A stretch of DNA of 64,000 nt, taken from the NCBI GenBank assembly GCA_965242865.1, contig CBDETK010000013.1:1088001-1152000 (forward strand). Direction: 5' to 3'. Under the pieces are notes generated by a model. It searched no databases and had not been told where the DNA came from. It was given only the letters and a program-made list of their open reading frames with translations. The position numbers were made by a program, and so were the translations under genes. Below, in pieces: positions 1-9,348 of the stretch; position 1 is the first letter of the stretch, and each line of letters begins with the position of its first letter. The stretch is from Candidatus Latescibacterota bacterium (lineage in GTDB: Bacteria > Latescibacterota > UBA2968 > UBA8231).

Positions 1-673
1 TCGCGTAGCGCGTACCCGGGGGCAGGTGGATCATATCGCCTTCCCGAATCGCCCGCTCGTCGCCGTCGGCTGCCAAGACGCCGCTGTTTTCCAGCACGTA
101 ATAGACCTGCTCCAGCTCGGAGCAGCAGCGCTCGACCGCCCGTCCGCGGGGCTGGACGGCCTCGCGGTCAATGCAGCGCAGCCCCTGCGTAAAGCCCACG
201 CCCTCCTCGCCAACCGGCCCGAGTTGATGCCAGCGCACGGCCCCCGCGCCGTCGCTTATCGCCGGCACATCGCGCCAGTTGCGGATGGCAAACTCCCCGC
301 TGTTGGCCGCGATCCGTTGGCTGATCACGTGGTGTTCGAGCCAGTCCTCGCTGGTGTCGTTGAACATCTGGTGATGGACGCCCGACGGCAGGTACACTGC
401 GTCGCCCTCTTGCACGGGGAAGCGCTCTTTGTCAAAGAGCACGTGGCCCCGGCCCGACAGCACGTAGTACACCTGTTCGAGGTTTTCGTGCTTGTGGTAA
501 TCCGAATTCTTGCGGCCCTGCAGCGCGTGGCGGGCAAAGCCCTGCAGCCGCGCTAGGCAATGGCGCGGCTCCGGGTCGTTGTCGCCGTCGGGGTCGCGCA
601 ACCCGCCCCAATGCACCGCGCTCAGATGGGCTATGTTGGGTTGGACATCGCGCCAGTTGATGATGTATGTCAC
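1..673 (-). CDS. Cupin-domain (bicupin) protein, runs off the left edge
   Basis: Not in the ORF track. GTG at 673 with AGGAGG 8 nt upstream. Open frame MTYIINWRDVQP...HKHENLEQVYYVLSGRG...EGDAVYLPSGVHHQM, then a second repeat ELEQVYYVLENSG...EGDMIHLPPG. Confidence 0.85.
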   Translation of the reverse strand, partial: MTYIINWRDVQPNIAHLSAVHWGGLRDPDGDNDPEPRHCLARLQGFARHALQGRKNSDYHKHENLEQVYYVLSGRGHVLFDKERFPVQEGDAVYLPSGVHHQMFNDTSEDWLEHHVISQRIAANSGEFAIRNWRDVPAISDGAGAVRWHQLGPVGEEGVGFTQGLRCIDREAVQPRGRAVERCCSELEQVYYVLENSGVLAADGDERAIREGDMIHLPPGTRYA

Positions 674-699
674 GTCTCATTCCTCCTGTGTAAGTGCGT

Positions 700-1491
700 T
701 TACAAAGCGGCGATTTGGCGCATGCGCCGGCCGAGATCGATGAGTTCTTCGCGGCTGCCGCCCACCTCGTGAATCAGGGTGGAATCGTAGCCCACCGCTC
801 GCAGGGCGGCCATGACCGCCGGCCAGTCCGTATCCCCATCGAGCAGGTTGACAAAGCGGTGCTCGCCGCGGCGGAAATCCTTGAAGTGGACCTTCTTGAT
901 GCGCGGCCCCAGCTCGCGGATCCAGTGTTCTGGGTAGCCGTAGGCCATCATGTTGGCCGTGTCGAGGTAAATCCCCACCCAGTCGCTGCCGACTTCATCG
1001 ACGAAAACCCGAGCTTCGCGCGGACTGAGCAGGAACTTGTTCCAGACGTTTTCCAAGCCAATGGCCGCCCCCATCTGCTCGGCCAAGGGGGCGGTGTCAA
1101 TCAGCGCGTCCCGCAACCCATCCCAAGCCTGCTGATAGGTCCCTTCGACCGCGAGTTGGCCCGGGTGCAACAACACCCCATTGACCGACAGCGCGCCGGC
1201 GATCTCGAGCGAGCGTCGCAAGCACTGGAGGCACCGCTCCCGCTCGCTGGCATCGCGGCTGAGCAGGTTGCCGCGCTCAGGATACCAGACGATGACGCTG
1301 CCGATGGCAACGCCCGCGTCCGCGCACTGCCGCCCGACCAGCGCGAGCTCGTCGGCGCTCATGCTCGGGTCGAGGTCCTTGCCCTCGGCAAAGACCAATT
1401 CCACGGCTTGGTAGCCCGCGTCCGCGCACAACCGCAGCGTGTCCGCCAGCGACATGCTGCCCAAGACGATTTGGGTAATCCCTATTTTCAT
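700..1491 (-). CDS. Sugar phosphate isomerase/epimerase (xylose-isomerase-like TIM barrel)
   Basis: GLENVW, YLDTAN, VHFKD and HEV metal-binding motifs. Confidence 0.9.
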   Translation of the reverse strand: MKIGITQIVLGSMSLADTLRLCADAGYQAVELVFAEGKDLDPSMSADELALVGRQCADAGVAIGSVIVWYPERGNLLSRDASERERCLQCLRRSLEIAGALSVNGVLLHPGQLAVEGTYQQAWDGLRDALIDTAPLAEQMGAAIGLENVWNKFLLSPREARVFVDEVGSDWVGIYLDTANMMAYGYPEHWIRELGPRIKKVHFKDFRRGEHRFVNLLDGDTDWPAVMAALRAVGYDSTLIHEVGGSREELIDLGRRMRQIAAL

Positions 1492-1597
1492 CAGTATAGC
1501 TCCCTCCTTTTAGACAGAAACGCCCGGCCTAGCCCGTTTGAAGCCCAGGTGCAAAATCGCTACGTTTGTCCCCCTAACTTCAACAAAGGAGGCCATC

Positions 1598-2488
1598 ATG
1601 GCAGAAACAATCGGCTTTGTCGGCGTCGGGCGCATGGGGGCCAACATGGCCCGCAACCTCGCGGACAAAGGCTTCAACCTCTCGGCGGTATTCGACGCCC
1701 ATGCGGCCACGGCCCAAGCACTAGCCCAAGAGCTGGGCTGCGCCGCTCCCCCAACCCTCGCCGAGGTCACGGCCCAATCGGACGTGGTCATCACCGTGGT
1801 GACGGACGACGCAGCCATGCGCTCCATTTTCGCCCCTTCCGGCGACTCCCTGCTCGCCGCGGCCGCGGGCACGACCTTTATCAACTGCGCCACCATTTCG
1901 CCGGCCATCCACGTAGAGGTCGAAGCGCGCGCCGCGGCCGTCGGGGCCTCCTCGCTCGAAGGCTGCATGGCCTCTAGTATCACCCAAGCCCGCGAGGGCA
2001 CCCTGTACCTAATGTGCGGCGGCCAGCGCAGCGTCTTTGACCAAGTGCGGTCCATCCTCGACGCCCTGAGCGTTGACTTGCTGTACATCGGCCCGGCCGG
2101 CCAAGCGGCCCAAGTCAAGGCCCTCGTCAACATGGTCATGAACATCAACACGGCCGGGCTAGCCGAAGGGCTGGGACTAGGGCAAGCCCTCGGACTGGAC
2201 CTAGCCGTGCTGATGAAGGTCTTTTCCCAGACCGGCGCGAACTCGCGGGTGCTGGAAACCGACGGCGAGGACATGACCATCCGCGACCACGAGTGCTATT
2301 TCTCCGCCGACCACGCGGCCAAAGACTCCGGCATCGCCCTCGAACTGGCGCGCCAAGCCGGCCTCAGCCTGCCGCTGGCGCGAGCGACCAAGGATCAGTA
2401 CGAAAAAATGAAAACGCTGGGCTTGGGCGACCTCGACAAATCGGGCGTGGCCGAGCTGACCTTTCCCGGTCGCAAGGGCACCACCTAG
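1598..2488 (+). CDS. NAD(P)-dependent oxidoreductase, 3-hydroxyisobutyrate dehydrogenase family
   Basis: IGFVGVGRMGANMA Rossmann motif; catalytic K in QVKALVN; AAGGAGG before ATG 1598. Confidence 0.9.
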   Translation: MAETIGFVGVGRMGANMARNLADKGFNLSAVFDAHAATAQALAQELGCAAPPTLAEVTAQSDVVITVVTDDAAMRSIFAPSGDSLLAAAAGTTFINCATISPAIHVEVEARAAAVGASSLEGCMASSITQAREGTLYLMCGGQRSVFDQVRSILDALSVDLLYIGPAGQAAQVKALVNMVMNINTAGLAEGLGLGQALGLDLAVLMKVFSQTGANSRVLETDGEDMTIRDHECYFSADHAAKDSGIALELARQAGLSLPLARATKDQYEKMKTLGLGDLDKSGVAELTFPGRKGTT

Positions 2489-2501
2489 TAGCTGATTTGC
2501 G

Positions 2502-2532
2502 AGGGGCAGGTCGCCATCGCCGGCCTGCCCCT
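2502..2532. terminator. GC-rich hairpin between convergent genes (terminator or REP-like)
   Basis: AGGGGCAGG...CCTGCCCCT 9-bp arms between stops at 2488 and 2539. Confidence 0.5.
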
Positions 2533-2538
2533 TCCGCG

Positions 2539-3546
2539 CTAGATTCGCCCGTGTCGGATGTCCACCATCCGCTGGGTCAGTTCAAACCGCAGCGCTTCTC
2601 CGCTAAAAAATCGCACGAATTCATCGACCATCACCGAGAAATAGCGGCCAAACGTCTCGGGCGCGTACCACGCGATATGGGGGCTGACAAAGACATTGGG
2701 CAGGCCGCGCAGGAGGCTGTCTTTAGGCAGCGGCTCCGGGTCAAAGACATCGAGTCCGGCGATGAGCTCGCCCCGCGCGAGCCGCTGCGTCAGTTCGTCG
2801 TAATCCACGACCGGCCCGCGACAGCAATTGATCAGGATGCGGCCCCGGCCCAACAAATCGAGCGCCCGCGCATCGATCATCTTTTCGGTCTTGGGCGTGT
2901 GCGGCACTTGAACGACGAGGATGTCGGCGTGTTGCAACACCTCGTCGAGCGAGCCGCGCACCAAGCCCAACTCAGCAGCCACATCCTCGGGCAAATACGG
3001 GTCGGCAACCCGCAGGTCCACCCGAAAGGGGCCGAGCAATGCGACCAACCGCTGGCCCACGTGCCCGCAGCCGACCAACCCGACCTTCTTGCCGGTCAAT
3101 TCGCCGTGGACAAAATCGTCGTTGCCCGCCTGCGCCCACTGCTCCTCACCCGCCATCATCTGCCGATAGACCGCGGCCCCATTGCGTAGGCACAAAAGCA
3201 TCAGGGCCAAGTCCCACTCAGCCACTGGCGCGGCCGAGGCAATGTTATCGGTATCCACGGCGAGCACCCCGCACTCCCGCGCGGCCGCCAAGTCAAGGCC
3301 CGTGCCAAAGCGATCGCCGCTGACGCCGACGATCCGCAAGTCCGGGGCTGCTGCAAACACCGCCCGCGTCAGCTCGGGCAGCCGCCCCCCGAGGCGAATC
3401 ACACCTTCACAACCAGCCAACGCCTCAATCAGAGCCTGCTCGGACAAGGCTTCCGCCGGCTCGACAACCTCAACCACTTCCCCTAGACGCACCAAATCCT
3501 CTCGCCGCGCATACCCATGCGGATCCACCAACACCTTAGGCTTCAT
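2539..3546 (-). CDS. D-isomer-specific 2-hydroxyacid dehydrogenase family protein
   Basis: GLVGCGHVG, INCCRG, GLDVFDPEP, SPHIA; start placed at MKPKVLVD. Confidence 0.9.
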   Translation of the reverse strand: MKPKVLVDPHGYARREDLVRLGEVVEVVEPAEALSEQALIEALAGCEGVIRLGGRLPELTRAVFAAAPDLRIVGVSGDRFGTGLDLAAARECGVLAVDTDNIASAAPVAEWDLALMLLCLRNGAAVYRQMMAGEEQWAQAGNDDFVHGELTGKKVGLVGCGHVGQRLVALLGPFRVDLRVADPYLPEDVAAELGLVRGSLDEVLQHADILVVQVPHTPKTEKMIDARALDLLGRGRILINCCRGPVVDYDELTQRLARGELIAGLDVFDPEPLPKDSLLRGLPNVFVSPHIAWYAPETFGRYFSVMVDEFVRFFSGEALRFELTQRMVDIRHGRI

Positions 3547-4595
3547 CTTGTGCCTTCTGTGCCTTCTGTGCCTCTTGTGGCATCCCCCCGCCCACCGAGC
3601 CATTCCACCGCCGCCTGCCGCCGCGCCTCCGCCGTCTTTGCGCTAGCCGGCAAGCGGTGCAATTCCCAAGCGATCTCGTGCGTCAAGGTCTCGCCCACCT
3701 GCAAATAGACCCAAGGACTCAACAGCTCTAGTTCGGTGTAATCCGGGCAGGTATAGACCTCGGCACTCAACCCCCCGTCTGGGTAGTGCTGGGTCCCATC
3801 GCGGCGAAAGAACTCGGCCATGACCACGTCGCCGACAATCCCGGCCAGCCAGCGGTCCGAATCGGCCCCGGTCTTCTGCGCCTCCACCGGGTCGGGCACA
3901 AAAATGCCGAGGTCGCCCTCAACGGTGAAGTTGCGCTGGGCCGCGCCCTCGGCAAAACCAAAGGGATGATAGCGCAACTCAAAGTGACTGTGCGGATTGA
4001 GCGGATACAGGGTCTGTTCGGGCTGCTGGATCTGGGTGACGTTCCAAATTGTGTAGCGCAACGGCTCGACTTGGGCGGCGGCCCGCTTTTCGAGCCGCTG
4101 GTGAATTTCCACTCGCGTCCCCCGCTCGGCCAAGCGAATCGCCCGCACGCTACGCGCCCCGTTGTACTCGCTCACCGGGCTGGTGATCACCACCCCCTCG
4201 GGCCGCAACTCAACCTCGTGGGCCGCGCCGTCGAACGCGTGGTCCGGCGGCCAAGCGTGCCCGTTGATTTTGACAAACTCGCTCTGCTGGTTGGGCCAGA
4301 CCTTGTCGCCGCCGAAATTGGTCCACGTGAACTGGCCTTCCTCATCGACGTTGGGGCGACCGTCGGGCAGCACTTGGCCGTAGAGCGCGGGATTGGTCCA
4401 GAGGATGTTTTCGCCTCCGACGAATCCGTAGTACATGATGCGACCAATGGCTGGCACCACGACGACGCGCACATCGGGATTGGCAATTTCAATTGAGTTG
4501 GGCCAGCCTTCGTATTCGATTTCCTCGACCGTGACTTGGGCCAGTGCCGGCACGGCCAGCACCGTCAACACACTGCACAGGTTCATTCGCTTCAT
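3543..4595 (-). CDS. Secreted DUF4380-like beta-sandwich protein
   Basis: Signal peptide MKRMNLCSVLTVLAVPALA; GGDKVWP, WPPD and YTELELLSP motifs. Confidence 0.65.
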   Translation of the reverse strand: MKRMNLCSVLTVLAVPALAQVTVEEIEYEGWPNSIEIANPDVRVVVVPAIGRIMYYGFVGGENILWTNPALYGQVLPDGRPNVDEEGQFTWTNFGGDKVWPNQQSEFVKINGHAWPPDHAFDGAAHEVELRPEGVVITSPVSEYNGARSVRAIRLAERGTRVEIHQRLEKRAAAQVEPLRYTIWNVTQIQQPEQTLYPLNPHSHFELRYHPFGFAEGAAQRNFTVEGDLGIFVPDPVEAQKTGADSDRWLAGIVGDVVMAEFFRRDGTQHYPDGGLSAEVYTCPDYTELELLSPWVYLQVGETLTHEIAWELHRLPASAKTAEARRQAAVEWLGGRGDATRGTEGTEGTR

Positions 4596-4605
4596 CTTAG
4601 CCTCC

Positions 4606-5736
4606 TCATCTGAGCGCTGAAACGCCGCCGCCGCGGACCGCACGCGCCACTTCTTTTTCCACGTCGTCTCGCGTGACCATGGTGGTATCGCCGATGCACT
4701 CCTGCACCAAGATGCCGTGCGCCGCACCCCACTGCACGGCATCGGCCGCCCCTCGGCCATCGAGCAGCGCGGCGATCACGCCCGAGGCAAAGGAATCGCC
4801 GCCGCCGGTGCGATCGGCGATTTCGATGTTTTCGCGCACGGCCGCTTCGTAGATTTTGCCCTCCTCCACGTCAAAGAGCACCGCGCCCCAGTTAATGCGG
4901 TCGGCCGTCAGTGCCCCGCGCAACTGGGTGCCGATGTACTTGAGGTTTGGATAGTCGTTGGCGACTTGGTGCAGCATCTTGGTGTAAATCGCCAACCACT
5001 GCTCAAAGCCGGCGTCCTTGGCCACCTTTTCGGTTTCGTAGCCCAGCGCGTCGTCAAAGTCGTCTTGGTTGCCGACGAGGAACTCGACGTGCGGCACAAT
5101 AGCGCGATTGATCTGGCGGGCGCGCTCCTTGTTCGGCTCCACCTTGGAGCGGTAGTTGAGGTCAAAGGAGCGACCGGCACCGTGCTCGCCGGCTTTCTGC
5201 ATGGCCTCTTGCGCCAGCGCGGCCGTCTTCTCCGACAGCAAGGTGTAAATCCCGCCGGTGCTAAACCAGCGCGTTCCCAACGCGCCGAAAAGATGATCCC
5301 AGTCCACGTCGCCCGGCCCGATCGCGCGCACCGGCGTATGGGCGCGATAGTATTCGGTCACCGACGGCAAGACGCCCTTGCCGGCCCAAGTGAAGTTGAT
5401 CCCGTTGTGCAAGGTTCCCTTGGCGTCGGTGCTGAATTGGCCCTTGCCGCCATTGTCAAACCAGATGATATGCTTGGTGTCGAGCCCGGCTTCGCGCAGT
5501 TGATTTTCAATGTTGCGGCCGACCCCGTCGTCCACAAGGGCCGTAATGACGGCCGCACGCAAGCCAAAGCAATAGCTCAAGCCCTCGGCGACATTGGTCT
5601 CGCCGCCTCCGTGCCAAATCCGGGCGGTGCGCGCCCGAGCCGTGGGCACAGAGCCGGGATCGACGCGCATGAGAACTTCGCCTAAGGCGATGGCGTCGTA
5701 ATGGGTTTGATCGGCTGATTTGAGTTGAATGGTCAT
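4606..5736 (-). CDS. kdgK: PfkB-family sugar kinase (2-keto-3-deoxygluconate kinase-like)
   Basis: LGEVLMR, GGGETNVA, FDLNYR, DRTGGGDSF PfkB signature. Confidence 0.85.
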   Translation of the reverse strand: MTIQLKSADQTHYDAIALGEVLMRVDPGSVPTARARTARIWHGGGETNVAEGLSYCFGLRAAVITALVDDGVGRNIENQLREAGLDTKHIIWFDNGGKGQFSTDAKGTLHNGINFTWAGKGVLPSVTEYYRAHTPVRAIGPGDVDWDHLFGALGTRWFSTGGIYTLLSEKTAALAQEAMQKAGEHGAGRSFDLNYRSKVEPNKERARQINRAIVPHVEFLVGNQDDFDDALGYETEKVAKDAGFEQWLAIYTKMLHQVANDYPNLKYIGTQLRGALTADRINWGAVLFDVEEGKIYEAAVRENIEIADRTGGGDSFASGVIAALLDGRGAADAVQWGAAHGILVQECIGDTTMVTRDDVEKEVARAVRGGGVSALR

Positions 5737-5771
5737 GTACCTTTTTCCTCCTTGTGTAATTGTAATTGGCG

Positions 5772-6365
5772 TTATGGTAGGTTGCCCAATGCACAGAGCC
5801 GTTCGACAAAGTAATCGGCACTAGGGCACTGGGCGTGTTGGGCGGCTCGTCTGACATCAAACCTGTGGTCGCGAATGAATTTTCTGGTAAAAACGAATCG
5901 GTCTTTCCCCGGCCCTCTGCCTTTTGCGTCGCGAAGTTCCTTCAGCCGATCCCAAGGCATTCCCGCCAGCGTTTCCGGGGCGGCCTCCCAGAAGGTGTCG
6001 TCGCCCAACCATCGACGCATGGCCTCTGTATCGGCGAGAAACCAAGATTCTATCGCCTTTCTCGCAATTGCGACTAAATCAATGTCTTGGGAACCAATAA
6101 TGTCCTTGCGCGCTTGCACGCACGGCGCACAGGTATCGGGATCGAGGTCGGCCAGTACAACCACCTTGTCGGGGTTTGCCTCCGCCCTAAGATTCCCGAC
6201 GAGGACTCCGATATTACGGCTGCACATATTACCGCTCCCAGCCGCATCAATCACCGGATCAACCACTTCCAAGTTGCAATCTTCGCGTAGCCATTGCCGA
6301 AACACTGCGCTTTGGACTAGCCGCTTTTCTGAGTCCCCTTCCACCACGAATCCCACAGTCACCAT
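5772..6365 (-). CDS. DUF4276-like TOPRIM-fold protein, partner of the AAA ATPase
   Basis: VVEGDSE...LADLD TOPRIM-type E/DxD; IESWFLAD; overlaps the ATPase stop. Confidence 0.7.
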   Translation of the reverse strand: MVTVGFVVEGDSEKRLVQSAVFRQWLREDCNLEVVDPVIDAAGSGNMCSRNIGVLVGNLRAEANPDKVVVLADLDPDTCAPCVQARKDIIGSQDIDLVAIARKAIESWFLADTEAMRRWLGDDTFWEAAPETLAGMPWDRLKELRDAKGRGPGKDRFVFTRKFIRDHRFDVRRAAQHAQCPSADYFVERLCALGNLP

Positions 6366-7516
6366 GGCAATCCCCCGGCCAGCAGGTTCGACTGCCACAC
6401 TTCGTCAAGGCCCAACGGGGCTAGACTCTTTTGGGAGATGTTCCCGGCATCGGCTGACTTCATGGTAGTACGACCACCAATTTTATCCACGAGAACGAGT
6501 TCGCTGAGCTTGAGTGCTCGAACAACCGACTCGCTATGAGTGGTCAGCCAGATAGGATTTTCCGGCGACGCCTGCTGCCGCATCAAATCTATCAACTTGC
6601 GGATGGCCATGGGATGCAGCCCTCGCTCCGGCTCCTCAATCAACGTCATTCCGCCACCTGAAGGCGCGTCGAGCGCGGCAACCAGCAAACAGAGCGCGTA
6701 CATCGTTCCGTCTGAAACTAGATGGGCGGGAAACGCTTGCTCAAACCCTTCCTCCTTGAACAGCAGGGCGGTCCTGCCATCCAATCTCTGCTGTTCCGTC
6801 TGGATGTCCTCGATCCCTGGGACAATCATTTCCATCCAGTCGAGAATTTCTTCGCAGATCTCCTGATCGCCCTCTAAACGATGCAAGACACTCGCCAGAT
6901 TGTGCCCCTTGTGAGCTAACTGCGTTGGATCAAGGTCGGATTTATCTGGTGCCTTTGCGCCTATAGGGTCAATCCTATACACGTGCAAATTTTTAAGGAG
7001 CTTAGTCAACGGATCCTCCCTAAAAAGCGAGAGTTCCTCCTCAAAAAGCGAGAGTACCGAGTAGATAGTCTGGCCCCCTCCAAGTTTAACCTTTTCCAAG
7101 ACTATCGACTTTTCGCCCCTTTTTCGCGTAATGCGTTGTTTCCCGTTGACTCTCAAGCATTCTTCAATCTTAGGTTCCCTATCAAGATCGTGAATACGTA
7201 GCGAGTAATGAAAAGAGGATGGCTCTTCTTTTTGCTCTTGCAAAAGATCGCATTCGATCTCAAAGCTAAACGTTTTGGCATCGGCCCCCTCGCGTTTCTT
7301 TGAATGGATATTTGCAAAGCCCCCATGCGCTCGCAACGCGATTTCAATTCCGCCGCGCACGAAGAGACTGACAAAGCCCAGCGCGTCAAAAAAATTGCTC
7401 TTGCCCGAGCCATTCGCTCCCGCAAACACCGAAAAGGGCGCAAGCCCCTCCACTTCCAACGAGTCAATGCTCTTGAAGTTTTCGATCTTCAATCTGCGAA
7501 TGGTCTTCGCGGTCAT
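6359..7516 (-). CDS. AAA_21/ABC-type ATPase
   Basis: IENFKSI, Walker A GANGSGKS, signature VSDGT, Walker B LIEEPE, TTHS. Confidence 0.9.
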   Translation of the reverse strand: MTAKTIRRLKIENFKSIDSLEVEGLAPFSVFAGANGSGKSNFFDALGFVSLFVRGGIEIALRAHGGFANIHSKKREGADAKTFSFEIECDLLQEQKEEPSSFHYSLRIHDLDREPKIEECLRVNGKQRITRKRGEKSIVLEKVKLGGGQTIYSVLSLFEEELSLFREDPLTKLLKNLHVYRIDPIGAKAPDKSDLDPTQLAHKGHNLASVLHRLEGDQEICEEILDWMEMIVPGIEDIQTEQQRLDGRTALLFKEEGFEQAFPAHLVSDGTMYALCLLVAALDAPSGGGMTLIEEPERGLHPMAIRKLIDLMRQQASPENPIWLTTHSESVVRALKLSELVLVDKIGGRTTMKSADAGNISQKSLAPLGLDEVWQSNLLAGGLPW

Positions 7517-8394
7517 AGCGACACCCGCACTCGGCTCTTTTTTGCCAAGGATTTCTCCAGCGCCTCCAGCACCACCACCGGCCCCAACATGGTCTGGGCG
7601 GTCTCGTTGGTTTTGCCGGTGCGGAACATGGCGCAAAAATCGCGAATGCCGCTCAAGTATTGGCTCTCGTCAAAGGTGATGGGCGCGTCAATGCGGCCCT
7701 GCTCGCCGATGGCGCTCAGATGGAAACCGGGCGCAGCCCCGCCCACCAAATTCAGGGTGGCCACGCAGCCGTTGCGGTACGCGAGGGTCGCTGTGTGGTT
7801 GGCCCCGGCCCCGCGATGGACCTCGGCCCAGCGCACATCCGCGCCGAGCAGGCGCAGCACCATATCCACTTGGTGAATGCCGTAAAAAAAGACCCCGCCC
7901 CACTTCGACTTGATGTCGCAGGGGCCGGTGGCAACTACGGCCTGAATGGGGCCGAGCCGGCGCATCTTTTGGGCAAAATCCTGGTACGCGGCCTGTTTGG
8001 GCAACGTCGAAAAAGAGCAGACTGGCACGCCCAACGCTTCAGCCCGCGCCAAAAAACGCTGCCCCTCGGCCCGGCGGTAGCAGAACGGCTTGTCGATAAA
8101 AAGCGGGATTTTGGCTTCGAGCAGGGGGCGGGCTGCCGGCAGGTGCTCCTTGCCGTGGCGCTGATCGACCACCGCCGCATCGACTTGGCCGATCAGTGCT
8201 TCGGGCGTGCGGACAATGTGCGGGATTTGACCGGCGGCCGCCGCGGCCTGCGCGTATTGGGCGGTCTCGCCCCACACGTGGGTCACCCGCACACCGCGCA
8301 CCCTTTTTTCGACGTTGAGCACCTTGGCGATGGCGGCCGTGTGGCTGTTTTCCGCCCCGACGATGCCGATGGTCAGCACCTTATGCCTCGCCAA
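7513..8394 (-). CDS. Gfo/Idh/MocA-family oxidoreductase
   Basis: IGIVGAENSH, FIDKPF, FYGIH. Confidence 0.8.
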   Translation of the reverse strand: MARHKVLTIGIVGAENSHTAAIAKVLNVEKRVRGVRVTHVWGETAQYAQAAAAAGQIPHIVRTPEALIGQVDAAVVDQRHGKEHLPAARPLLEAKIPLFIDKPFCYRRAEGQRFLARAEALGVPVCSFSTLPKQAAYQDFAQKMRRLGPIQAVVATGPCDIKSKWGGVFFYGIHQVDMVLRLLGADVRWAEVHRGAGANHTATLAYRNGCVATLNLVGGAAPGFHLSAIGEQGRIDAPITFDESQYLSGIRDFCAMFRTGKTNETAQTMLGPVVVLEALEKSLAKKSRVRVSL

Positions 8395-9205
8395 ACGGCC
8401 ACAGCTTCAACGCGGTCTTGCCCAGCACCCACTCCAGATCTTCCGGCGCGATGAACTTCATCTCGTCGCGCACCACCGTCAGGGGCTGGGCGTATTCGGC
8501 CCTCGACAAGCACACCGGCCAGTCCGTGCCCCACATAATGCGCTGCGGCCCAAAGGTCTGATAGACCTCTTCGACCATCTCGTGCGTATCGGCCCAAGGA
8601 TAGCTCTGCTTGGACAGGGACCAAGTGTGGCTAATTTTGACATACACCCGGGGATACCGGGCCATGTCCATCAGCAATCGCCGCTCCTGCGGGTTGTCCG
8701 GGTGGGCGCTGGCCATGTGGTCGATACAGCAATCCACCTGTGGGTAGCGGTCGAGAATCCGCGCCAAATCCGGCAACCGGCTCGGCCCGGTCAGAAGCAA
8801 CATTGGGATCCCCAACGCCTCGGCGCGGGCGAAAATCGGGTCCATTTCCGGCCCCTTGAACCAATCGCCCCGCTCGTCCTGGGACGGCGACAGCCGCATC
8901 CCGTGCAGGCCGCGTTCTTCGGTCCACATCGAGATGTGCTCGGGAGCGGCCGGGTCTTCGGGATTGATGCGTCCCACGGCCATGAAGCGGTCGGGATATT
9001 GCTCGATGACGTGGGCGACATAGCTGTTGTCCCAGCGGTAGTGGATGACCTGCACCAGCACGGTCTTTTCCACGCCGTTGGCGTCCATCAGCGCCAGTAG
9101 GTCTTCGGCGGTGTGGTTTTCGGCCGGTGGATTGGGGTTTTCGGCCGGCCAAGGAAAGGCCGGATCGTTGATCCATACGTGAACATGCGGGTCGATAACG
9201 CGCAT
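8381..9205 (-). CDS. Amidohydrolase_2 family protein (sugar lactonase-like)
   Basis: IDPHVHVW, IDH, MWGTDWP. Confidence 0.88.
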   Translation of the reverse strand: MRVIDPHVHVWINDPAFPWPAENPNPPAENHTAEDLLALMDANGVEKTVLVQVIHYRWDNSYVAHVIEQYPDRFMAVGRINPEDPAAPEHISMWTEERGLHGMRLSPSQDERGDWFKGPEMDPIFARAEALGIPMLLLTGPSRLPDLARILDRYPQVDCCIDHMASAHPDNPQERRLLMDMARYPRVYVKISHTWSLSKQSYPWADTHEMVEEVYQTFGPQRIMWGTDWPVCLSRAEYAQPLTVVRDEMKFIAPEDLEWVLGKTALKLWPFGEA

Positions 9206-9348
9206 TGGACATCCTTTCTGCGAAGGGTTGGCGATAACATGCGAAAAACCGGGCGGCTCGTCCAGCGACGCGCCGCTTGCGAGCCAGCGGCCGGCCGCCT
9301 AGATTGACCAACCCCTTTCTTCGCCCTACGGCCCACAGGAGCTTTGCT

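Noticed and set aside
694-1977. Long alternative ORFs such as 694..1977, 4717..5685, 9088..10158, 30904..31857, 32238..33233 and 50349..51740
   Set aside because: Antisense or off-frame shadows of well-supported genes in GC-rich DNA, with no recognisable motifs.
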